From the NCBI GenBank assembly GCA_038087875.1, contig CM076000.1, forward strand, positions 248,001-312,000: a DNA stretch of 64,000 nucleotides, written 5' to 3'. A program made the position numbers and the translations under genes. The notes under the pieces were generated by a model. It did not search any database. It was not told the DNA's origin and was given only the letters and a program-made list of their open reading frames with translations. The DNA is from Malacoraja senta. Lineage: Eukaryota. Positions 25,501 to 36,829 of this stretch are shown here, piece after piece. Each line of letters begins with the position of its first letter. Within the stretch, counting starts at the first letter, position 1.

Positions 25501-26456
25501 TGGTCAATTGTTGAGTTATTAATAACTTCCAATATTATATTCATCTTTTCACTACATCCAGTTACCCACAAAGATGGGAAAATAAAAAGATGAATCATTA
25601 TCAGTATTTATTAGAATATTTGTGGATATCTATTGTGCACATAATTGGCACTGCTGAATAAAACACCACACTTAGTTTGAATTATTCTGGAAAGATTGAT
25701 ATAACTCATTTAGTTGCATTGATTTAAAATGTTACACGGCCATCATTTGCAAATATAAACCAGTGTTCAGGCTTTATTTTTCCCTGTGCACTCATTTTAT
25801 ACAATTGTTGGAAATAACTTTATAAACTGATGGCTACTTTTAAAACAATTACTAAGTAACAAAAACACCTTGACGTATCGAGGCAACTCCACATTCTGGG
25901 GGTTATATTTCCTATAAAACTGTCCATATTGCAATTTTCGATAACACAAAGCCACATCATTGCCGTATGTCTCAAGAAATGAGAGTTGAAAATAAACTAT
26001 GTTATTTACCACACACACACACATTCCAGTAATGGAAATATTTACCTATGAACATTAGATAACCACTAACATCTCAAACTGGAATTCATTTGTTGGAAAA
26101 GCTTCACCAATGTAAACAGCAATAACCAAAATGTTGCATTTGCTCCATCAACTTTGCATTTCCATGCCATTCAATTTAACCACAATCTATACTGACCAAT
26201 AATTGGTTATTTGGATGCCACAGTTCCAGAAACTAATTCATTCAATTTACTTAACAATTCTCAGGATTTCTTTTCTTTCCATACTTACTCAAATGGTAAA
26301 ATTAGATCTTGCACTCAAAACTGTCGAAAGCATTCTGAACACATTGCTGTTTATGGTGAAATTAATTGTGCTTCTGTAATTCCATGTATTCATTGTATAC
26401 TTAAAAAAAACATAAATATTTCAGTTGAATTCAATTTAAAAGTTTCAGAATAAGAG

Positions 26457-26857
26457 CAGGGCTGCCGACTCTCACGCTTTCAGCGTGAGAATCATGCCTT
26501 GGAGCAAATTCTCACGCCCTCACGCTCATGACCAAGTTCTCACGCTGAGTTCAGTCCTTGCAGTTTGTCCCTTTGCGCCGCGTGCCAGGGATCTGCACGG
26601 TCTGGGGAAGCGCGTCGGTTGCCGGCTGTGAGTGACGTCTCTTCTCTCTTGGTTGGATGTGCAGCCGCCGGGTGTCAGCAGTTCTATGTGCCGGCTGTGA
26701 ACGCTGCGCTGCCGGCCGCCGCTGCACTCTCCCTCCCTCCTGCCCTTCAACTCACACGGCAGCGCCAGCGCCGCCAATCCACGCTGCACCGTGCCCGCCA
26801 GACTCCCCATTGGGCGGCCGGGGAGAGAGTGGGCGGCCGGGGAGAGAGTGGGAGGGG

Positions 26858-26911
<54 letters not shown>

Positions 26912-28400
26912 AAGAAAAAAGGGAGGGATGGAGGCAAAGCGAGACAAGGGGAGGGAATGTAGAAAGGGGATGAAGGAAGGAAAGGAGAAAGAGGGGGGAG
27001 GAAAGAGGGAAGGATGGGGCAGGAGGGAGAAAGGGGTGGTTGGAGGGAGGGGGAAGAAAAGGTGTGTGTGTGTGTGTGTGCTTATGTGTGTGTCTCCTTG
27101 TGTGTGTGTCTTCCTCTGTGTGTCTCCCTGTGTGTGTGTGTCTCCCTGTGTGTGTGTGTGCGTGTCTGTGTCTCCCTGTGTGTGTGTCTCCCTGTGTGTG
27201 TGTCCCTGTGTGTGTGTGCGTCTGTGTGTCTCCCTGTGTGTGTCTCCGTGTGTGTCTCCCCGTGTTTGTTGTTTGTCTCCGTGTGTGTGCGTGTCTGTGT
27301 CTCCCTGTGTGTCTGTCTCCGTGTGTATGTGTGTGTGTGTGTGTGTGTGTCTCCCCGTGTGTGTGTCTGTCTCCCTGTGTGTGTGTATGTCTCCCTGTGT
27401 GTGTGTGTGTGTGTGTGTCTTCCTTTGTGTATGTGTCTCCCTGTGTATCTGTTGTCACATCCTGGCCTTAGACAGGGCTGCCAACTCTCACGCTTTGAGC
27501 ATGAGAGTCACGCATTTCAGCCAAAGCTCACGCTGATGACAGAATTCTCACGCTGTCTTCAGTCCCTGCACAGTTTGTCTCTTTTGCGCCACATCACAGC
27601 GATCTGTGCAGTCTGGGGAAGCGCGTCAGTTGGCGGCTGTGAGTGACGTCGCATCTCTTCTCTTCTCTTCTTTCTTCGTTGGATGTGCAGCCGCCGACAA
27701 CATGAATCAGCCGGAGATAGAACTAACCAGGTGAATTGGTTGTAAAACATGGGGGGGGCCACAATGAGGCCAAACATATAGGACAGGGTTCGGCAACCTA
27801 CAGCACACGGGCCGAATCCGGCCCGCAAGCCGAAACACCGTGGGATTTTTTTCAATTCGTTTTCGCACGGTCGGAGCAGGCGAGCCAACCTGAGAACTGC
27901 AGCCAGTCCCTGGGACGCGAGCTGATCTGGGAACGTCAGCCAGTCCCTGGGCACGCAGAATGCCAACTTGATCATTATGGACAAATTGGGCCAGCCATGT
28001 ACATGTTGTATAACTCTGACTCTATGTAGATCTGAATGGGCTTAGAATGACCATTTAAGCAAAATTGCCCTCACTGTCCCCATTTTGATTCTTGAGATTA
28101 ATATCCCTTTGCTCTGTTAACAGCGTTAAAGTACTTATGAGGTAGAGTCAGGAAAGGGAGCATGTTATTTTCTTTTGGTTTGCTTTAATTTGTTAGTTGA
28201 TTTTTTGTTGACTGCCATAATTTCTGAAATGGTCTTAATGTAACTTAACTGTTATAAAGCAGTAATAAGTGATTCTTGTCCAAACAATTGGAACTTGCAT
28301 AAAATGTTTGCATTATTAGCAGGGCTGCCAACTCTCACGCATTGAGCGTGAGACTCACGCATTTCACAAAACTCTCATGCTCTCACGCTGATCACAAAAT
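26457..28400 (+). mobile_element. Three directly repeated hAT-like left ends (26457, 27473, 28320) with subterminal CTCACGC motifs
   Basis: Each starts CAGGGCTGCC(A/G)ACTCTCACGC; 26457-26670 and 27473-27692 are about 220-bp homologues. Confidence 0.6.
26863..27450. repeat. (GA)n, purine-rich tract and compound (GT)n-CTCCCT minisatellite
   Basis: Directly visible simple repeats. Confidence 0.95.
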
Positions 28401-28702
28401 TATATAATGAGAATAGGACCCGTTTTGCTTAACAAATAGTGTAGGAAGGAATTGCAGATGCTGGTTTAAACTGAAGATAGACACTAAAAACTAGAAAAAC
28501 TCAGCAGGACAGGCAGCATCTCTGGAGAGAAAGAATGGGTGATGTTTCGAGTCGAGACCTTCAGCCTGAAGAGGTTGAAAACCAGCCATAAAACACAATG
28601 ACTGGACGTGTGTTATCCAACTAAGGGCAGAAATCAGAATCATGTGTTCATCTTTATTCACGTGACACCATAATAAATATATTACAGAAAAAATAATTTA
28701 AT

Positions 28703-28910
28703 GGGGTGGCACGGTGGCGCAGTGGTAGAGTTGCTGCCTTACTACCACATGGATTTTCTTTGGATATTCCGGTTTCTCCCATATTCGAAAGAAGTGCAGG
28801 TTTGTAGGTTAATTGGCTTCTGTAAATTGTCCCTGGCGTGATGGATGGAATTGGTGTATGATAGATTGCTGGTCGGTGTGGACTTTGTGGGCGGAAGGGC
28901 CTGTTTCCAT
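28703..28910 (+). mobile_element. V-SINE (internally deleted)
   Basis: A-box head GGGGTGGCACGGTGGCGCAGTGGTAGAGTTGCTGCC and tail GGGCGGAAGGGCCTGTTTCC. Confidence 0.75.
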
Positions 28911-30549
28911 ATATATTTTTACATATATCTTAATTTCATTGAACCATATACGATTGAATATGTGGCCTTATTTTCGTCTTGTTTCCATAATCAATGGGTA
29001 AGATTGAAACCGTCTGAAGAAGGGTTTCGGCCCGAAAAGTTGCCTATTTCCTTCGCTCCATAGATGCTGCCGCATCCGCTGAGTTTCTCCAGCAATTTTG
29101 TCTACCTTCGATTCTCCAGCATCTGTAGTTCCTTCTTGAACAAGGTTGATTGATTTATTTGTGCAGAACAGTGATGGAAGTCCGACTTTTGCTTTGTTTC
29201 TCTGAGTTTTTCTCTATATATATACATAACAGCATGAATATAATCTGATTTCCATATATGAATACAGTCATTCATGTGCTGCACCTGTTGATCAGAGCCT
29301 GGCTCTATTGTGGAATGTAACCTTATTCATACCTAATCCAATTTAAAGCATAAATGTTGCATTCAAATGCAAGTTAAAAGACTCGCTACAGTATGCACCA
29401 GATTGCACAATTTCAAGCTGAAAATGCAAAAGCTCCCTACCGTGGGAGGGGGAACACCCCCCCCCAAGTTAACGGAAAGTCATAAATGTCTACATTACAA
29501 TCAATAGTTCATTTATAATCACCATTATTTTTTACCTTACTCATTAATAAAGAAAAAAACAACAGCAAAGACATCCTAAATAAACATTGTTCATTTAAAA
29601 TCTCTTTCTGAATGCAAATGATAACACTTACTTTGATGACCGGCGACTTCTTTCCCAAGTTGGCATAGGTGGAGAGTAGAGGAGGGAGACTACAGGGAGT
29701 GGAGGTCCTTTACATCAGCTGATAAAATCAGATAGAGGCTGAGGGTGAGTCAGCAGTTAAAGCAGTGGTAGGCCAAGGTCTGGAGATACCAAATGTCGAT
29801 GGCCGAGAAAGCGGTAAGCTGCAGCTCGCTGAATGCTGTCCGTACCATGCCAGGCATTGCACACGACTACACTGTAAGGCATAGATTTGAGCACGCTATT
29901 TTAAAAATAAGAGCACGTAAATTAGGCTTTGGTATTAAACTAGCCTGTTATTCCAAAAATGTGTAAATCAAACACATGCAAAATGTAGGGGGGCTGTATA
30001 TGATAAATTGTGATCGTTTAAATATTACGCATGGTTATTAATACTTAGACACCATTCATGAAAAGATTTTATCAATGAAACTTTAGTGCATAGAGAATAG
30101 CAGCATACAAACTGAATTTGTTTAAATCAAGAGAATCTCAAAATTAACCAGAATAAAATAAATTAAGCATAATAATTGCAAAAAAAACAAAATCATCCCA
30201 AATGCAAAAATTAACACTTCGAGGCTACTTCACTGCTATGCAGACTTTCTCATGGTGTAAGGGTCAAATATGACAGATATTCTATGATTTTGTTTGTTTT
30301 AATGAGCAGCCAGTTTCACTTCTAGGAACTGAAAGTTCCAATTGTCTACACAAAGTGAAAGGTGTGAGAGGTGTGGTGGGTATTATAGGCAGGTGGTTGT
30401 GCTAGTGCAATATTAGAATGCATAGTTCAAGTTTCCAAGTACAGTCTGACAGTCTATCAAGGATTCCATTATTGATACCCCAAATTAAAACTGTATGCCA
30501 AGTTAACTAGCATCCCCAGGAATTTAAATAATAGTTGGCACCACCTTTA

Positions 30550-30829
30550 GGGCAGCACAATGGCTCAGTAGTAGAGTTGCTGACTTGCAGCGCCAGAGAC
30601 CAGGGTTCAATCCTGACTACGGGTGCTATCTGCACAGGGTTTGTACGTTCTTCCTGTGACCGCGTGGGTTTTCTCCGCGTGCTCCAGTTTCCTCCCACAA
30701 CCCAAAGACGTGCTGGTTTGTAGGTTAATTGACTTCTGCATAGTGTGTAGGATATGGGTGATTGTTGGTCGACTCGGTTTCAGTTGGCTAAAGGGTCCGT
30801 TTCCACGCTGTATCTCCAAACTAAACTAA
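30550..30829 (+). mobile_element. V-SINE, full length
   Basis: GGGCAGCACAATGGCTCAGTAGTAG head, GGTTCAATCC B-box, V-core and (AAACT)n tail. Confidence 0.85.
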
Positions 30830-31041
30830 AGTCAGCTGAGGCAAGGACAAAATAAATTTTCACAGAAATGTTTTTACAATAAAAAGTGTAATAAAACCTA
30901 CAACTGCCTCCAATGATATTCATAAATTAGCCAACTCACCAATAACATTAAAATCCACAGGGAGGAGAGATGTAATATTTTCAAAGAATAAGAAATACAT
31001 TATATTGGAAGTGAAAGCCAGCATTTACAAATGTGTTGAAT

Positions 31042-31047
31042 TTTATT
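31042..31047 (-). promoter_or_regulatory. Candidate USP35 polyadenylation signal
   Basis: TTTATT (AATAAA on -) about 225 nt past the stop codon; usage not demonstrable from sequence. Confidence 0.3.
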
Positions 31048-31270
31048 TATACTTCATTGTTGAAATGCATTTTATATATTTACAGCACTTGGACGAAAAT
31101 GTCCATTGCTACTTCCCCAACAATCCAAAAATTTACCAAGTAACAAGCAAATTTCTTGACAACCCAAAAGAGAAATCCCCATTAACCCCCACAATAGATT
31201 AAGTTGTGCAACCTTTACAAAGTATATAATGCAACCGAGGTAGAGGGGATGAAGTAGGCCTTAACTGCAC

Positions 31271-31435
31271 TTAGAAAATCAAATGTTCAAATGACCCCAA
31301 ATCACTTCCTCCTCCAGCAGTTGGACCACAACTTCCAGAAGAACCTCCATTTTCATCGTCATCAAAACGTCTCCACCATGGTGCAGTAACAGGGGTTGCA
31401 GATTCAGTTCTGTTCCTTGCTTCTTTTTCCTCTTC
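31271..31435 (-). CDS. usp35: USP35 last coding exon with stop codon
   Basis: Minus-strand acceptor at 31437-31436. EEEKEARNRTESATPVTAPWWRRFDDDENGGSSGSCGPTAGGGSDLGSFEHLIF*, TAA at 31273-31271; resembles human EQEKEARSR...DFHRLVF. Confidence 0.92.
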   Translation of the reverse strand, partial: EEEKEARNRTESATPVTAPWWRRFDDDENGGSSGSCGPTAGGGSDLGSFEHLIF

Positions 31436-33202
31436 CTAGAAAGTTTTAACATGTTTTCAATAACACATTTTTAAATAACTTGCACCTTACCACACACACC
31501 ATTTTTTGACCTTGCTCCAGTGGCTGAACTGTGCCTTATTACAATTCTCTCCGCTGACATGCTCCAAGACAATAGCCAAATACCACAAAAGTAATGGCAT
31601 GGATGAATCTTGGCTAATTGAATTACAAATGCAAGATTATGAAAACAAGCAATTTGATAATGATTCTTCACATTATTAATCTACTCAATTGTGAACAATA
31701 TTATTGGTTTTTTGAATCCCAGTTATTTAACTCCAGGTTTGGAATTTCTAATTATATTCTAATTATAATATGTTACTATTCATACAAGATTGCCCTCATT
31801 CCTAAATAAATAATGCCTGCCAATCTATGGAATAGCTAATTATAAAAATGGAAAACTACAGAATGAATATAACATTTCATCAAAATGTCTCCAGTTACAA
31901 GTATAATAGCTTGGATGTGATTGCATCACACTCATCATTATTTAAGAAACTTATAAACAGTTGTCAAGTACCAATGATTAATTTCCCCAAAGGACAGCCT
32001 GGTGTTACATTAAATGCAAACACAAGATCAAAAATATGAGATTCATCCTGCCCAGCTAGATGCAGGTCTGGCATGTGCAATTTATCTCAATCTTGCCAAC
32101 AACAGATTTTTAGGATTACTGAGCTCGTTAAACAGGCACAATTACATCAGAAATGGTTGCTTGCAGGACTTTCCTCTATGCACATTGGCTGCCACATTGC
32201 CTTATATTACAAAGAACTTTCTAATTTGTAACCAAATACCCAACTCTGATTTTAGGCTCATTTCTAGATAGGGTTGGAAAAAAATGTAATGAAAGAGTTA
32301 CAGCATGGAAATGGGTCCTTTGGCCCACTACATCCACACCAACTACCCAATTTTATACTCAACTACCCAAACCCATTTTATTGTTCCCACACTCTATTCA
32401 AGGTTTATGCAACTTTCATTCTAAATCGAATCTCAAGGGCATTTAATCTAAAAAATCTCCACTGCCTTGCTTCCAAGGCCAATATATTCCAAAGTACATT
32501 GCTCAGAATGGTACACGGCACTCCAGATGTATTTAACCAAAATCATTAAGTCATTATCAAAAGCAACCAAAATGTTAAGATTAATCTTGATTGGAAATTT
32601 TGCTCTAGAATGTTATTTGGCAGATGGGATGAACACCATATTTTGCTATTTTTTTGCAAAGGATGCAATGACCTCTGTTCTAATGACCATAGCAGAATAA
32701 AGGTAGGAATGATGGAAACATGTCTACCTTGACAAATCCATTCTATGTTTGTGGAAATAAAGAGCAAATATTTAATTAGATCATTAGAACACACATCTGT
32801 AGGATCTACATATAATAGATATTTGGAATGTAATCTCATAAGATTGTAGAAGCAGATACAATAGCAACATTTATGGAGGCATTTAGAACAGCATGGAATA
32901 GAGCGATATAGACCACGTGTAGGTAGAAGGGATTAGTTAGATTGGCATCATGGTCTGTGCAGACATGATGGGCCAAAGTGCCATACTGTTCTATGTGCAT
33001 AGTTTGTTGAAAGCAGCAGGTTAAGATAGAGTTAACACTGCAAATAAAATCCAAAATGGCTGTATGTAAAACTATTACACCTTTATTGTTAATAGTTATG
33101 AAGCCTAACAAAAACAAAATTAATGTAAAATGGTAATTGTTATCATCCTTATAATCAAGTTTGGCAAACCAATTTTTAATTTAATCAGTTCAAATTACAT
33201 AC

Positions 33203-34439
33203 CTGTAGATACTGAAGGTTGTCCCTGGAGATGGCTTCCATCAGCTCATTACTTAATCCTACTTCGCCATACAGTCCCATTTCAGCTGAAACAGGTTCAC
33301 CATCAGGGCAAGGCTGTCTTGCTAATCGCTGTCTGTAGAATAATACATATGCAGTGTCTTTGGGAAAGTAATTTGTAACATTGCTGATGGATTCAAATGA
33401 GGAAAATGAAACCCTGGTGTCATTGTACAAATACCATCGTTCATCATCTCCACCTTCAGCATTCAACATTTCATTTAGACCAATTACAGAGTTAGCATCC
33501 ACACAGTCGCTGGCATAGCAATAGTAATGTCCACTTTCAGAAGATATGCCAGAGTGCACCACTATAGAACAGAGGTCATAAATAATTGACAAATATGTAG
33601 TATCCTCTGCAAAAGGTTGCCAGCTTCCCAATTTGCATCTTTGATTTTTAGCACAGATTTTGTATTCATCCTTTGAGTTAACTCTAATGGGTAGTTTAAG
33701 GACTAAAGGAACTGATACATCATCTAAAATTTTTTGGTGTTTCATAGTTACGAGATCAAAGGAGAATCGTAATAAAGTCAAGATAAGGTAGTGCGGATTC
33801 CCAGTTAATTCCACAACTTTTTCTGCTTCTTGTAAAGAGGTACATTTATTGCAGTAATATCTATTATCACCTGATAGCATTTCTGGTGAAAGAAAGTAGT
33901 TAATAAGGTCAGACACGGATTTACAATGTGATGAGCCAGATGCTTTCTCCACACAATCGATTGCAAAATCATTCTTTGGCATGGAATTAAATAGACAAAA
34001 GTAATCATTTTTTGTTACTTCAGTTAGTGAAGGCCCGTCCTTCTTTGTTTTTCCATGGGAACCTATTATTTCAAATGGTACCACTCTTAATGAAGGCTCT
34101 CTATATTTTGTTTGTGTCTGTTTATTTGGAGATTTAGCAGTCATGTCCTTTTGCTTAAATTGAGATGCCACGTTATCTGCACCAGTAATCTTCACTGAGT
34201 GATCACACCTTTGTAGAATCTTATTAGGTGGCGGAAATGCTAGAGATAGATCTGTAAAAGCTTCTTCACGGTAGGAAACATTACAACAACAACGACAAAG
34301 GATCCTAGTCACCATCTTCCCTCCAAACATTCTTTCTATTAATGTTTTCCCTGGATCTCCACAATCCATCAGAGTTTCACTGTATGAATGTCTCTGTCCA
34401 TGTGTAATTCTTTTACTAGTCTTCTCTTCTTCATGTAGT
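33203..34439 (-). CDS. usp35: USP35 large catalytic-domain exon (His box, Asp box, Zn-finger cysteines)
   Basis: Acceptor at 34441-34440, donor at 33202-33201. LHEEEK...MFGGKMVTRILCRCC...EAFTDLSLAFPP...YYCNKC...YLILTLLRFSFD...VVHSGISSESGHYYCY...WYLYNDTRVSFSSF...PKDTAYVLFYRQR...MEAISRDNLQYLQ. Confidence 0.96.
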
Positions 34440-35330
34440 CTTAAAAATAAAATGAAACATTTACAGCTATAAAAAAAATAAGCTTGACCATTTCATCAAT
34501 TCATTTAAATCTTCAGGTTAAGAACCTATACCTTGTTGTAGACAAGTTGTTATATATTACAAATCATGGCATATATACCGACAGTGATGATCAGTTATTA
34601 ATTAGCTTTAGTGACAAGTTAACAGCAGACAAACATTTCTATCCAAAAACAGCAGTCAAAATAAAATTAAAAAGTATAGCTTTGGTGAAATAGATGACAT
34701 TAATTTTACGGCTATTATTACTTGAAAATTTCATCCACTTGCTGTGATATAAAATGTAGCCATCAAAGTACAAAGTTTAATAATCCTATGTCTTTTTTAA
34801 GTAAAATAGATATCTGCTGTAAAGTGACACTAGTATGTTATCCATTCAAACAGAATAGAACATCTTCCTGATGTTTTCTATTCATTTCCTAGACTAACTT
34901 TTGATCTAGAACAGGAGCTCCATTTTCTGCATTCAACCAACCACTTCTCTCACATCCTCAACATTTCCTTTCATTTGAACATTTCTTCTTTCCTAAAAGA
35001 AGCGAGGCCTTGAAAAGTCTACCTATAGATGGATTTCTGCTATGTGGCCTATAGCAGGAAACTGCAGGCAAATTATTACAGAGGAAGTATCAGCAGCCTT
35101 AGATGCTCATTTATAATTAGAAGTTATAAAGTACATGCCTTCTTAAGCAAGGAAACCAAAATTGTATGTAGTACTTCAGGGGTGGTTTCACAAGGGATAT
35201 ATGGGGAAAGGGTTTTTTGAGAGAAAAATCATTGTAATAAGAAACAAAAATAAGTGGTTATCATGGATTGACAGTGTAAATCAGACAAAGAAATTAAAAT
35301 TATTAAAATGAAACTAAGCCTTCAACTAAC

Positions 35331-35437
35331 CTGTTCAAAAGATATCTTAAATATTCTGAACAGTCCTGTTGCGCTCCTTCGTTAAACCATGGAGGAGATG
35401 AAGCTTTCAAGAAGCTACTGGGAGAGATGGCTGGTCT
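35331..35437 (-). CDS. usp35: USP35 coding exon (QQD box)
   Basis: 107 nt with AG/GT boundaries. RPAISPSSFLKASSPPWFNEGAQQDCSEYLRYLLN(R); the phase-2 end joins the next exon in frame. Confidence 0.95.
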
Positions 35438-36065
35438 CTATAAAAGCAAACCAGAAAAAAACCATGACGATTTCAACAAAATCTAAAAGGAGGTTCATTA
35501 GCCAATTCCTATTGTTAGGAATATGCATTACTTTAAATTTACACTCCATTCAGTCATTAAATCTCTAGAAAATAAACTAAGCAAAGAGTGAGAAGCAGCC
35601 AAACAAATATTCCTCCCTTTCACCAATAAACCATATACACATGCAAAAGCATTGGTGGTAGTAGAATATTCATAACCTGAAAACTTCCAATAGACCAAAA
35701 CCTTACATATATTTTAGTAAAGCTGATCAGTTAATACTACATAGTTATGTAAACCACTCAGCACTGTCAATCTGGTTAGTGTTACACCTCTGATCAGATG
35801 TGACAAATTATTTTTTGTTGGTTGACAACCACGCAGCATTTATGAATTATTTGATAATGCAGATGTAAAATTATTGAATTTATCAAAGGATTTCAAATTA
35901 ATGACATCGTGGGCAACTTTACCTTTAAATTTATGAGTGCTAATGCAGATGATTTTCTGGAAATAAAAGGAATTCATTAAGTGTACACAAGAACTCCTCA
36001 ATTTGTCAAAGAGCAGTAAATTCACCTCCAAAAGCATGCACACTGAGAACTACTTCAAGTGCAGT

Positions 36066-36760
36066 TAGACAAAAGTGCTGGAGAAACTCAGCGAGTGCGG
36101 CAGCATCTATGGAGCGAAGGAAATAGGCAACGTTTCGGGCCGAAACCCTTCTTCAGACTGATGTGGGGTGGGGGAGTGGGAAGGAGACAATAAGGGCTAC
36201 CGGAAATTGGAGGTCAATGTTCATGCCGCTGGGGTGTAAACTGCCCAAGCGGAATATGAGGTGCTGCTCCTCCAATTTCCGGTGGTGCTCACTCTGGCCA
36301 TTGAGGCCCAGGACAGAAAGGTCGGGTTCGGAATGGGAGGGGGAGTTGAAGTGCTGAGCCACCGGGAGATCAGATTGGTTATTGCAGACCGAGCGGAGGT
36401 GTTCGGCAAAACGATCGCCAAGCCTACGCTTGGTCTCACCGATGTAGATAAGCTGACATCTAGAGCAGCGGATGTAATAGATGAGGTTGGAGGAGGTGCA
36501 GGTGAACCTCTGTCGCACCTGGAACGACTGCTTGGGTCCTTGAATGGAGTCAAGGGAGGAGGTAAAGCGACAAGTGTAGCAACTCTTGCGGTTGCAAGGG
36601 AAAGTGCCCGGGGAGGGGGTGGTACGGGAAGGATTGACCAGGGAGTTATGGAGGGAGCGGTCTTTGCGGAAAGCAGAGAGGGGCAGAGATGGGAAGATGT
36701 GGCGAGTGTTGGGGTCACGTTGGAGGTGGCGAAAATAACGGAGGACTATTTGTTGTATGT
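36066..36760 (-). mobile_element. Penelope-like element 3' part: GIY-YIG endonuclease plus terminal repeat
   Basis: RFTCTSSNLIYYIRCSRCQLIYIGETKRRLGDRFAEHLRSV...VAQHFNS...EQHLIFRLGSLHPSGMNID is the Penelope GIY-YIG signature; followed by the hammerhead-like motif at 36125-36160. Confidence 0.9.
36125..36160 (-). ncRNA. Minimal type-I hammerhead-ribozyme-like motif
   Basis: Minus strand CAGU-CUGAAGA-A-GGGU-UUCG-GCCC-GAAA-CG-UU-GCCU: CUGANGA and GAAA cores, UUCG-capped stem II, palindromic AACGUU stem III; stem I is weak. Confidence 0.6.
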
Positions 36761-36829
36761 GCAGGGATCAGGGAAAGCATTCGTAACTGTCACTGCATGC
36801 TTTCTGCAGGCTGACAAATAGATTAACAC

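Noticed and set aside
27062..27450. CRISPR-like repeat-spacer array
   Set aside because: Eukaryotic minisatellite whose spacers are just variable (GT)n; no unique spacers and no cas genes.
26526..27646. Long ORFs (310, 323, 210 aa) rich in HT/CV/ER dipeptides
   Set aside because: They are translations of (GT)n and (GA)n microsatellites that lack stop codons; no domain content.
28703..28745. tRNA genes suggested by A/B-box-like sequences
   Set aside because: These are tRNA-derived SINE heads followed by the V-core and LINE-like tail; no complete cloverleaf is visible.
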